Below, piece after piece: positions 12,590 through 25,149 of a DNA stretch of 64,000 nucleotides. The translations under genes and the position numbers were made by a program. The stretch is from Adineta vaga. Taxonomy: Eukaryota > Animalia > Rotifera. Below the pieces are notes generated by a model, which saw only the letters and a program-made list of their open reading frames with translations, was not told where the DNA came from and did not search any database. Location of the stretch: assembly GCA_021613535.1 (NCBI GenBank), contig CP075497.1:806001-870000 (forward strand), read 5' to 3'. Position 1 is the stretch's first letter. Every line of letters begins with the position of its first letter.

Positions 12590-15500
12590 GATCATTCTGA
12601 TTCAATTATTGGTGTTAACACAGAAAGAAACGTTTCGACAGAACACTGTAAAGAGAACTTCGTTGTCGTTTGGTTAGATCCAGATATCGATGTATCTACT
12701 GACGAATACAAATATAATCTCAATGAACTACATCGAGTATTTCATTACACTAAAATGTTTACAGATATCAATTTGTGCCAGGATTTTCTTATAAATATTA
12801 AAGAAAAAAAAGTTTTTATGATTATTTCAACGACCGTAAATCAAAATGTGCTCTCATTTCTCGATAATAATCCTCAAATTTATTCGATATATATGTTTGG
12901 TGAGGATGAAAACTGGACAAATATACGACAAAACTTTGTTCATTTAAAAGACATTTGTCATCATTTACAACAAGATATTCGACGATGTGAACTCGAATTC
13001 ACTTTAATCAACATTTTATCAGTCAATGATCTTTCAATTCAAACGTTCAGCGAAATAGAACGTTCGTTTATGTATTCTCAATTAGTTAAAGAAAGTCTAC
13101 TAGAGATTGATCGTGATAATAAAGCTAAAAAAGAATTTATAGAATTTTGGTTATCGCAATACGAAGGCAATTCTTCGATGATCGATATCATCGGTGAATT
13201 CGAAAGGGATTATGAATTACATCCTCCTATTTGGTGGTATACTAAAGAATCATTTCTTTATTCAACCATTAATCGAGCTTTCCGAACATTAGACACTGAA
13301 GTCTTCGTTAAAATGTCATTTTTCATGCGAGATCTTCATGAAAATATCGAAAAATGTTATCAACAGAGTAACAAAGAACAATTACCTCGACTCGTATATC
13401 GAGGACAAGGAATGTTAATCGAAGATTTTGAAAAAATACAGAATAGTAAAAATGGTCTTTTATCATTAATAATTTCCTCTCAACAACTATGGATCAGGCT
13501 GTTTCTTATCTTTACGCAGAAAGTTCCAAGCAAAATCCTAACATGATTGGTGTCTTTTTTCATATGGAAATCGATCCAACGATAGCATCAGCACCTTTTG
13601 TAGAATTAAAAAATATCTCATATTTTGATGAAGAACGTGAAGTTCTCTTTTCCACACACACTATTTTTCGAATTGAAGACATAACAAAAATTGAAGAAAG
13701 ATTCTGGAAAGTACAATTGACGTTAACCGGTAGTAATGATGAAAAATTAGTATCGCTTGGTCATCAAATCCGAAATGAACTTCAGGATGAGAAAGGTTGG
13801 CGTAAATTTGCTCAACTATTATTTAAAATGGGCAGGTTTCATCAAGCTGAACACTTCTATCAAACATTTCTTTGTTCAACATCTCCTGGCGATTGGAAGA
13901 ATATATCATCGATTACCAATCAACTTGCATGTATTTATAATCTACAAGGTAATTATCAAAAATCACTAATATCCTTTGAAAAGTGTCTAGAAATCCATGA
14001 AAACTATCTTCATGATGATTATGTAAGTTTAGCTATAATTTATGGAAATTTTGGTCTATTGCATTATGAAATGAATGATTACATTAAAGCATTAACATAT
14101 CAAAATATGGCTCTCGAACTACAAAAAGTTAATCTTCCTAGTGATCATGCAAATATAGCTATTACACACAATAATATTGCTCTCACTTATAGTTCATTAG
14201 GTGATACGTCAAATGCTAGTTTGTTTTTACAAAAAACATTTCAAACACAAAGCAAATCTTTACCTTTCAATCATCCTTCTTTAGCCACGACTATGCATAA
14301 TATTGGATTATATTATGTAGAAAGCGGTGAACATTCCGCTGCTTTATCTTTCTATCAAAAATCACTTGAAAACAAAGAAAAATATCTTCCAGAGAACCAT
14401 CCGACAATCGCTAATACTTGTCTTGGTTTAAGTGTTCTACATCGACTGATGGGAGATTATTCTAAATCTCTATTTTATTCACAAAAAGCACTTACAATTC
14501 AAGAAAAATCTTTAGACTCTGATCATCCTAGTTTAAGTATTTGCTACATAAGTATTGCTGAGTATCATCGAGAAATGCAAGAATATTCCAGTGCATTATC
14601 ATATTGTCAAAAAGCATTGGAAATACAAAATAAAGCACTCTCTTGTCAGCATCCAATTTTAGCTTGCACTTACGATACTCTGGGACGAATATATTTATGT
14701 ATAAAAGAATATACAATAGCACTATTTTACCATCAGAAATGTTTAGATATTCAACTTCAATCTCTACCACCAAATCATCCTAATATAGCGATTAGTTACA
14801 ACAATATATCTGCTATTCATCATTCTCAAAAAGACTATTCAACCGCTTTATCATCCAGTCAGAAAACATTGGATATTCAACTGAAATCTCTTTCTCTTAA
14901 TCATCCAGATTTAGCAACGACATATAACAATATTGGTGTAATACATAGTTCTTTAGAAGATCAACATACTGCGTTATCATTCTTCCAGAAAGCATTGAAC
15001 ATTCAGCAAAAATCTCTTTGTCCTTATCATCCAAATTTAGCAATTACTTATACAAACATAGCTTTATTATATGATGAAATAAAAGAATATTCCAATGCCT
15101 TGTTATTTTGTGAAAAAGCACTTGCTCTTCAAGAAAAATTACTACCATCAAATCATCTAAAATTAGCAGACGCTTACAGTAACATGGGTCAAATCTATTA
15201 TATGCTTAAAGATTATCCAAATGCAGCAAATTCTTATTTGAAAGCATTAGATATTCAGCAAAAGAACACAAACATAGAATCTAAATTACGGGCTACTACT
15301 CAAAGAAATCTCGGTCTAACATATTTTGCTTTGAACGAGCTTTCAACTTCCTTACCTTACTTTCACAAAGCATTAGAGCTTCGGCAAAGTTATTTACCAT
15401 CGAACCATTTAGATTTAGCGGTGATTTACCATGAACTAGCGGAAGTTTATAGTTTAATGGAGAATTACGATGATGCACTAACATTTTACAACAAGTTTCT

Positions 15501-16101
15501 GGAAATCGAAGAAAAGTCTCAACCACCAAGTTATACATTACTTTCCAAAACTTATAATGACATAGGCGTTCTATATTACTCCATAGATAACTATTTGATG
15601 GCATTAAATTTCTACAAAAAATCGTTGGAAATCGATGAAAAACATCTTCCCTCGGATAGTGCAATACTTGCCACCACTTATTATAATATTGGTTTAGCAT
15701 ACTTTTATATGGATGATTATTCCAATTCATTGATATTTTTTGATAAAGCATTAGTTATAAGAGAGAAATGCTTGTCTTCCAATGATTCAGATTTAGTTGT
15801 AACATATCATGACATTGCCCAAACTCATCTCTCAATGAAAAACTATACTATTGCTTTGGAATTTTTTCATAAAGTTCTTCAAATCGAAGAAAACACTTGC
15901 GATTCAAATGACCTAAACATAGCCACTACCTGTACAGATATCGGGCAAATGTATTTCTTCCTGAAAAACTATTCTGATGCACTTCTTTATTACGAAAAAG
16001 CGTTAAGAATTCAACAACTATTACTTTCACCAGACGATTCTGACATATCCTGTACTTCTGATAGCATCAATCAATTGCGCGATCGGTTACGAGATCTATA
16101 A
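12590..16101 (+). pseudogene. R-S-E class ADP-ribosyltransferase domain + about 18 TPR repeats (42-aa period); 1-nt deletion at about 13466
   Basis: PIWWYT, YRGQ, (F)NNFLSTT and EEREVLF motifs. Adding one T to tcattaataat fuses ORFs 12536..13546 and 13489..16101. 5' exons uncertain. Could be an intact gene with a sequence error. Confidence 0.85.
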
Positions 16102-16503
16102 AAAAACACCTTATTACTAATAATAAAAACTTTTCAGTAAAAAGCGTCATTGAATTCAAAGAATTTCTATTTGAACACAAGATATATACTGTAAATATTA
16201 ATACGATATACTATGAGTTTTCTAAACGCGTATCGTAGTGGTATGGGAATAATTCTACATGAGATTTGCCAACAAAGAAAAAACTACTTATAATAAAAAT
16301 CATAATCAAGCTTTTCTATATCTGTATTCATTTCTTAGTCAAACAAAAAAGTCTTTTCTCTAACGAAAATATCTTCATTGTTTCTTTTATGCTGACGTCT
16401 CTATAATTATATTATGGCGGAATATACGGAAAAGTTTTACGTATTTAATAAAATAGTTGTTTTCTTTGAATACTCTATACAAATGAAGAAAATCTTAAAG
16501 GAT

Positions 16504-18210
16504 ATGAGTGATAATAAACAAGTACAGCCGGATTCTACACTACCATCCACACCCACCCACCCATTATCCGGTTTAGAACGTACATCAACATATGTTCACG
16601 AACATTATTCACCATGACAAACGAATGTTAAATTGAAAAACAATCGTAAAGTGCATGATGAATATCCACCATTTCACATTTTCTCGTCAAATTATGAACT
16701 TCGAATCGTCAACAATGATACACCAGCTGACATTATTGATGAAATGATAATCCACGTAAATCAAGTTAAACAATATTCAATTGATACGGAGTCGGAACAG
16801 ACAAATAACGAATTATCTTTAATTCAGATTAACTCAGTGCCGGTTGAATCAAAATCGATGGTGATATTAATCGAACTGAAAAACTTACCACACCAACACT
16901 CTACAAAGTATGAAAAAATGAATTCTTTAATTCGATTGGTTTTTAGGTTGGACAATGAGATTTACGGATGGGGAAACATACGTAAAGAACTTGAACCGGA
17001 GTCAAAATTAATTGGTCGACCAATTCTTGCAAAGTTAATCGACATACAACGACATTTCTCAAGATGGTATAATAGGGCACGGACCCAGTGCTGGGTCCAG
17101 AGCCCATCGCGTCAATTGAACATTAGCAATGATGGTACTGAAATTATACAACAACACAATCAACATCCTTCCTGTCGATGTCATCCATCCTCACCATATA
17201 GACCCAATGAATGATGGTCTCTTCAGAATGCAGTTAAACATGCATGTAAACTACTGCTCGATAGAACTTATCGATTAAGCCATTGGTCAGCAAGTTTAAC
17301 GTCCTACTGTTCAATATTATCGTATGCTGATCAAAAGATAATGATCAAGTACGCTGTACATGATGTTTTGGCCGTAACATTTTTATCACGACCAATTATG
17401 GAAAATTGGACATTTAATATGATCGAGACCAGAAACATGAAGGAAGTGGTCGTTGCATTTGAACCAATCGAACTTCCCCAATTACAAACAACAATAAAAA
17501 AGAAGAAAAAGAACAACATCAATGTACAGAAATTAGCGAAAATATTCGCAGCCGTCGATTCTGATGTTGAACCAATATCGCCAGATGAAGAAATATACCT
17601 ACATCAAATTATACAACATGATGATGATAAACCTGCCGATGAAAATTATTCATCTACTGCTGGTGGGATTTATCAAGTTGCTGCTGGAGAAGAAGATGGT
17701 GATAATATGGGATTAGAATTAGCAACAATAACAACAGCTAATGAGATTAATAATGAATTAATTAAATCAACAAATGAAGATCTCATCGATATCTCTGATG
17801 ACGAATTAATTGGTGATGGTCATGCAGCAGAAAATCGTCGTGAAGCAGAGGGAACAGTTGACATAGTTCAACTAGTTCCTGATTCGACAAAACAACAACA
17901 ACAACAACCACTGCAACGAAGAAAGACGATTCGATCAACTGAAGCACAGAAAAAACACAACAAGAAAAGAAACAATCATCTTCGACTATTCCGGTATCAA
18001 CATGTTTTAAAAAGATCTTATTATTATCGTTTTAGATTGAAATTGATCCTGAAAATACTTCGTCATTATGGTATATCATTTCGTCACGTAAAATTAAAAG
18101 ATGATCAAGTTGTTGTTGGTGTTAAAAATGATCAACATCGTCAACAATATGAAGATGCTTTACCATCGTACTGCTTCGACAGGAAGAATTATTGGCGATT
18201 CAAGAAGTGA
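16504..18210 (+). pseudogene. DEDDy 3'-5' exonuclease ORF (retrotransposon accessory ORF), interrupted by in-frame TGA at 16615 and 17212
   Basis: Exo I SIDTES..LSLIQI, IYGWG, LIDIQ, WSLQ and Exo III KYAVHDV. The three track ORFs (16414, 16633, 17341) share one frame. Confidence 0.8.
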
Positions 18211-18390
18211 ACCTTGTCTTTTTTCTCTTCTTGTTTTTTTTGTGTGACGATCACTCGTATGTCTTTCTCTTTTTTTCTCTCCTTTTGTCTAATGGTGATA
18301 TTATGAAATGTTCAGATATTTTTTGTTATATTCTAGTTATTTTTGTTAATTTTTTGTACTGGTGGTATTTTGAAAACATTTTTCTCTCTC

Positions 18391-18567
18391 AAAGGGAAGG
18401 ATGTTATGATATGAAATATCACGACATCTATTTTCTCGACTATTCCTTTCTTATTTCTTTTGTTACCGGTTCTATATATGTTGTGAAATAAAAAGAAATA
18501 GTCAGTTACGTTCTAACAGGACTATACACTCACGTCTTCTCTTTTCATCTATACCTCGAACATAACA
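18391..18567 (+). mobile_element. Polypurine tract (18391-18401) plus 166-bp 3' LTR (18402-18567) of a 5'-truncated LTR retrotransposon
   Basis: aaagggaagga directly precedes TGTTATG...CATAACA inverted termini, with internal tatata and aataaa signals. It lies downstream of the DEDDy ORF. Confidence 0.8.
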
Positions 18568-19735
18568 CAATCTAATAAAATTATAAGCTTCACACGTCTT
18601 AGAATTTCATAATTTTTTTTTCAAATTCAAACTTAGTAACCAACTCTTGAAAATATATCAAATTATTTTATCAAATCAAAAGCCTCCAAATGAACATCTT
18701 ACATAATTAAATGGTGACTCAAAAAATACGATCTTGAGGGTAAGCGTGAGTTGTAAAAAAGACACCCTTACACCCTGTTTTATCCATCCGAGTTTGAATT
18801 TGTTTTGAAAAAGAAAACACAAGTCAATTTTCCGATTGAAAATTTTAATTAACTAAATCAAACATCTTTGATAAATGGTGAAACTATAGAAAACACGCAG
18901 TTTATTAGTATTTCATAAAAAAGAGATTAAAATATCAACTATAGTTTCATCTCCTGACAAGTTAGCAACGCCTGTTTTAACTGCCGTTATATCGACTAGT
19001 TCAACATATCAGTTTTAATGATATACACATCTGGTCTCTGACAACTGATCATTTTATCTGACACTTTTCTACCTTTTTATTCTTTTTATCATTAGATAGG
19101 AGCCTAACACAGGCTTAAGCTACACATACGAGCAATATTTCTACATTCATCATCGTAGTGATATCATTTGATTGAACAATTTCGACATATTCCTTTTTTC
19201 TTAACAGTTCTTTTCGTCTTATAAGGGGCTATTGAGGTTCATCTAACAGTTGTTAGAAAATTTGAATTCAATCAATATATTATCATTTAAATTGCCGCAA
19301 GTATTCGAAGAAAAGATTGAACCGGAAAACGTACGTATATTGATAGTTTTTGAAGGTAACCAAACCTTTCCAGCTTGAACACAAACACATTCATTAGCAC
19401 CAATACTTTTAAAATCATATGAATATTTTATTTGTAATTATACTCTTTGTTTGTAGATCATGTCTAAAGGTGTATTAGTCTATTAGTTTGGTACTTAGTA
19501 ATATATCTCTTCCTTTTCTCGCTTCATTTTTGTTTTGTTTTATCTTACACAAATAACGTTATTTTAATACAATTTCTGCCAGACAAAAATGAAAGAATGT
19601 AAAAAAAAGAAGAAACTACTATACAAATAAGAAAAGACAGGTGTGATAATAAACTGTTGAATGTGTTGTGCTTTTTCATCGTGATAATTTCTTTTACATT
19701 TAACATTACTGCAAATATATTATGCAACAGAAAAA

Positions 19736-22700
19736 ATGTCTTCGATTTCTGTGATCACTACCATATTATTGCTGTTCATTTTCGTTCATGGTCTAACAAT
19801 AGCATTGAAGAACACATCTAAACATAAGTTAAATACCTATTTTACAGATCGACAATATGGATTCAATATCCTACACGATTGTTTGTACTATAGTGTTACC
19901 GATGACTCATTAGACTATGAGCCCGGTTGGAGTGGATTGTCGCAAATTATTCCCTTCTGCATTCGGCCAGACGGAGACGAAATACTTGATTCTGTTCCAT
20001 CGACTATGAATGGTACGATTTATACATTCTCTGAACTACGTCTCCAACAAATAACTAGTCAGCAATTGTATGACTGGTCTGCTCCAGTTGATTTAGCCCA
20101 ACGTTACCAATTTTATTTAAATAGTTCAAACGAATTGTTGTCGAACGAGACATTCAGCAATTGTACTCGTCCTTGGTTCGGACAGTTTTGCCAATTTCGA
20201 TTCGATGAAGATGAATCTCTATCTAACATTATCAAAGTTTCTTTTTTCTCAAAGAATGAACAATTAGGAAATATGTTTCAGGTGACCAACAGTACTTGCT
20301 ACGTTCATTTGAATTGTGATACTGGACCAGAACCATATTGTCTTGATTGGCGTGCTATTTGTGATGGAAAAACAGATTGTATTAATGATAATGCTGATGA
20401 GCGTTACTGTTCTGAACTAGAAATGAAAATATGTGACATTGATGAATTTCAGTGTCACAATGGACAATGCATCCCAGAAGAGTTCTTTAGAAATGATCGT
20501 GCAAATCCAGATTGCATGGATGGCAGTGATGAATGGGGTCGCTATGTTTGTTCCGAAGATCCATCGATGAGGTGTGAGGATCGTTCAAGTGCACATGGTT
20601 ACTTACCGGATAAGCGTGGTGCCATTTTCAACTGTGGCACTGGTGAATCAAGCTTTCTTTATGAAGATCTTTGTTCAAATAATCGACTATTTTTATTTTA
20701 TCGAAATGTTTTTTCATCATCAAACAATTATTTGTTGTCGAATGAATGTTGGTCGGCACTGGTTCATTATTTTAAAGTTAATTCTTATGTAAATCTTACA
20801 ATAAACGAAAGTTCCCTCTGTTACTCGGCCAAAGAACATTGTTCTAGATTTATTTTTGACAGTTGTCCATCTTTATTTATTTTTCCTTCCTCACCTGCAT
20901 TATTTGGCCACGTTTATTTAAACTATTTTCGTAACCAATCTGTTGATCAATCATTATCACCTAAAAATCTCGCACAATTAATATATGTATGCTACAACAA
21001 TCGCTTGTGTCCATATATGTTGTATACAATCAAGATCAATGGATCAAACTGTCGTCCGTTGATTGAATTAAGCAATAAGTCTAGTTGATCGGATATCATT
21101 AAAGAACTTGTAACTGTATTTTGGTCATGTTCTAGTAACGGTATCAGTGAGGAATTGTGTAAAAATGATGGATTCTTTCGATGTGAGAATTCAAGTAAAT
21201 GCATTTCTAACAGACGATTAGCGGATGGTTCTATTGATTGCTTTGATGGAAGTGATGAATGAAGCAATCATTCTTGTTCTACAAATGATGATCTTCGATT
21301 TGCGTGTACTTCCGAAGATAAATGTGTCTCCTATTTGGTTTATCAAGATGGTGTCGCTGATTGTTTAAATAGTGAAGATGAAAAAGCAGATGAAAAACTA
21401 ATAAAAAATGAACCTGATTCTTTTACAAAAATATGTGATAGTTTTGTTGATATTAATTTTGAATCATACATAGAAAATCGTTCTGCAGAAACGGATGAGA
21501 CAAATTGTGAAAAGTGGCCGTGCAGTAACGTTTACACTCACTGCAATGGTTATTGGAACTGCAAGAATGGTAGTGATGAGCTTAACTGCCCTAATCTACC
21601 AAGCACATGTAGAGCAAACGAGTTCCAATGTGTGTCATCCGAAACATTCGCCTTAATTTGTCTACCTGCTGTCCGCGCTGGTGATGGACATGTAGATTGT
21701 CTTGGAGGATCTAATGAGCGTTTGTATTGCCGCAGAGATGCACCAGATGATCTTACTGTGAGATATCGATGTTGGAACAGTAATCGATGTATTGATGTTT
21801 ATAACATATGTAGCGATATTAAAGAATGCCGATTCAAAGACGAGAAGAAATTCTGCAACACTACGTATGGTATGTTTGGCATATGTGACCAATACGACTG
21901 GCATCCGGAAAAGGAACGCCACCCAAGCCATCAGTTTCTTTGCGATATGGATGAAAGTTTAAAAATAAACACAATGTACTTTGCGTTGACTGATCAAGGA
22001 CACCGACCAAATGTACCTAAAACAAATTGGTTAGAAAATAATGTTCTTTTGCCACCCTTTCATAATTATAAAAGTCGAAGTGTAATTGTCGCTTGGTTGT
22101 GCAACCGAGGTTTATTCGTCTGGCGTTGGATTGGAAAAGAACTCCGCCATTTTTGTTTATGCCCACCTGCTTATTACAGTCATCGATGCCAATTTCAAAA
22201 TCAACGTATAAGTCTTTCTTATCGTGTGCATACGACTGAATGGCGCACAGTATTCATTTTCGTAATTATGTTAATAGACAATAGTTCTCAGATTCATTCA
22301 TATGAACAGCGCAGTTATCTAGCTCTTCGTGATTGTGATGTTTTATTTGGCATTAATCTGCTTTACTCCAGTCGACCTAAAGATCTTTCTAAAAAGTATA
22401 TTGTTAGAATAGATCTTTTCGAGAAATTCAACTTAAATTATCGCGTTACTTGGGAATTTCCAATTGAGTTTTATTTTCTACCTGTCTATCGTATTTCTAC
22501 TATTCTAAAGGTACCATCTGAGATGAGTACGACGTCAAATGATTGCTTTCCTAATTGTATTCACGGCGAGTGTCTGTTGTACGTGAATACACAACGACCG
22601 TTTTGTCGATGCATTCAAGGATGGTTTGGTTTATCATGTGAAAGAAATTATTCTTGTTATTGCGCGAATGGATCTATTTGTATTGGTTCTGACAATCATA

Positions 22701-24460
22701 ATACAATCTGCGTGTGTTCTCTTGATAAGTATGGAGGACGCTGTCTCTTAACAAGATCACCATGTAATCCTAATCCCTGTATGAACGAGGGTCTCTGTGT
22801 ACCAACCGATGAACGAATATCTATTCATAATTTCTTATGTATCTGTAGGCAAAGTTATACTGGCTTAACATGCGAACATGAACACTCAAGGATTGAAATA
22901 TCCTTTCCTGATATGCCCATTCCGACATCAGTGATTATTCATATGATTACTGTTTTGAACAATGCTTCACACTTGCGTACAACTGTTATAAAAAAACTTG
23001 CCTTCGACCAAGATTATGTAACTATTTATCAGTCATTAGAATATCATGTCATTTTTGTCCAGCTCCATGGCTCTTACTTTCTGGCTTATATAGAACCGAA
23101 ATTCAAACCTGCATCTATATTAAATTTACCATTAGCTGTTTCAAATGAGTGTCGCTTTGTCAATATGCTCTTGAATTCAACGGTAATGTCGTTAAATATT
23201 CTCGAACGTACGAAATTTTATTACGATTTGTGTCACGAACAAAGTCATTTAGAGTGTTTCTATGACGAGATCCATATGTGTTTATGTTTGAGTGAACGGC
23301 ATGCAAATTGTTTGGAATTCGATCATAACATGACGTATGATTGTTATGAAATGAACAACTGTAAAAATGATGCACAGTGCTTACAAGATCATCCAACTTG
23401 TCCTTCATCAAGATCATGCGTTTGTGCTGAATGTTACTACGGTTCCCAATGTCAGTTCAATACTAAAGGCTTTGGCTTAACACTCGATGTTATTCTTGGC
23501 TATCAAATTCGTCCTCATCTCAGCTTGAGACGTCAACCAATGACTCTTCAAATGGTTATGGTTGTAACAACAATTATGTTCATGCTCGGCTTGGTCAATG
23601 GTTTTGCTTCAATCATGACCTTTAAAAGTGCAAATGTGCGACACGTTGGTTGTGGCCTATATCTACTCTTTTCTTCGATTCTTTCGACGTGTACTACAAT
23701 TACATTTAACTTTAAGTTTTGGTTTCTTGTTCTAGCACAAAAAGGCACAATTACTAATCGGTCATATATTTCATTTAGCTGTATTGTTGTAGATATGCTC
23801 CTTCAAGTCTCAATTAATTCTAGTGAGTGGTTGAATGCAGTTGCGATCGTTGAAAGAGCCTTTATAGTCAACAAAGGAGTTCCACTTGATAAGAAAAAGA
23901 CTAAACACTTTGCTACAATATTCATTCCTGTACTTATTGCTTTCATAAGTCTTACAAATATCCATGATCCATTACACCGTCATCTGATCGATGATATCGA
24001 AGAACAGCGGACGTGGTGCATCGTGTCCTATTCCAACAGCATCCAAATCTTAAATTCAGTTACAAAAATTTTCCATTTTCTTACTCCTTTCTTACTCAAC
24101 GTTAGTTCGGCCTTGATTATTATTTTGACAATAAGTCGAAAGCATGCTAAAGTTAAACAACAAATAGTATATACACAACATTTTCGCGAGCAATTCCGGC
24201 AACATCGACATTTATTGGTTTCTCCCATCATATTGATCGTTCTTACTTTACCTCGACTTATAATTTCTGTCAAGTTTGGTTGTATGAAATCGGCACGTAA
24301 TCCTTGGATTTTTTTAGTGGGTTACTATTCTTCATACATTCCATCTCTTCTTACTTTCATCGTATTTGTGCTGCCATCAGACATGTACAAAACAGAATTC
24401 TTTGATGCTTTGAAACAACAGCGCATGGTTATCAAACGATTATTAACGGGTGTCCCATGA
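19736..24460 (+). pseudogene. Intronless LDLa/EGF-repeat 7TM (rhodopsin-like GPCR) receptor with in-frame TGA at 21086 and 21260
   Basis: Signal peptide, multiple C..DG..DC..GSDE LDLa repeats, EGF repeats (CNPNPCMNEGLC) and seven hydrophobic segments with IVER and HDP motifs. ORFs 19736 and 21335 are in the same frame. Confidence 0.85.
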
Positions 24461-24632
24461 ATAATGAGCCTCTTAGTATTTCGAAGATTTCTCCTTTATT
24501 ACGTCTGTAATTAAGACGCTTTTTTTATCAAAAGATAACGCTTGAAATTCTCTACAAAACCATATATGATTGGAGCCTAAAGCGGTTTCATATATATTAG
24601 AAAAAGATAAAAAGTAACGCGTTGGAGACATA

Positions 24633-24985
24633 TCAGTGTGAAGCTAGCACCACGAAACTAAGAGTTTTGTGAGAACGAATTCCCGTCGATAAAAATGAGT
24701 CTATTCGACGCAGAATTTGATTCTGCATCGAATGGCGCTACTTTCATTCACGGGAAAACGATCAGGACGAAGCTTACCTCGATTTTTATTTTCCTCTCAT
24801 ACTTACATATATAAAAGAAAAATTCGAATAAAATTTGTCCATTCGTTTTCCCGTGAATGAAAGTAGCGCCATTCGATGCAGAATCAAATTCTGCGCCGAA
24901 CAGACTCATTTTTATCGACGGGAATTCGTTCTCACAAAACTCTTAGTTTCGTGGTGCTAGCTTCGTGGTGCTAGCTTCACACTGA
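24633..24985. mobile_element. MITE with about 130-bp TIRs, TA-flanked (Tc1/mariner-like)
   Basis: ta|tcagtgtgaagctagcaccacgaaac...gtggtgctagcttcacactga|ta. Arms are near identical, with a short tandem duplication in the right TIR. Confidence 0.9.
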
Positions 24986-25149
24986 TAAAAAGTTGGACGT
25001 TTCAATTACATGGATCGTCAGTGCTTATTGTTTTATGACTCATATCATTTAGAAAAAAATATAAACTGTTTAAGAACAAGATCAACATGTTTCAAATACG
25101 GGTATTGATCGACAAATTGTACCGTTTATTTCTGCAACGTATAATCTAA

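Noticed and set aside
16200-18800. Terminon/Penelope element with hammerhead ribozyme
   Set aside because: No RT and no convincing CUGAUGA...GAAA fold by eye; PPT+LTR fits better.
21086-21262. Selenocysteine at the in-frame TGAs of the Cys-rich receptor
   Set aside because: The positions do not match LDLa cysteine slots, and no SECIS was recognised.
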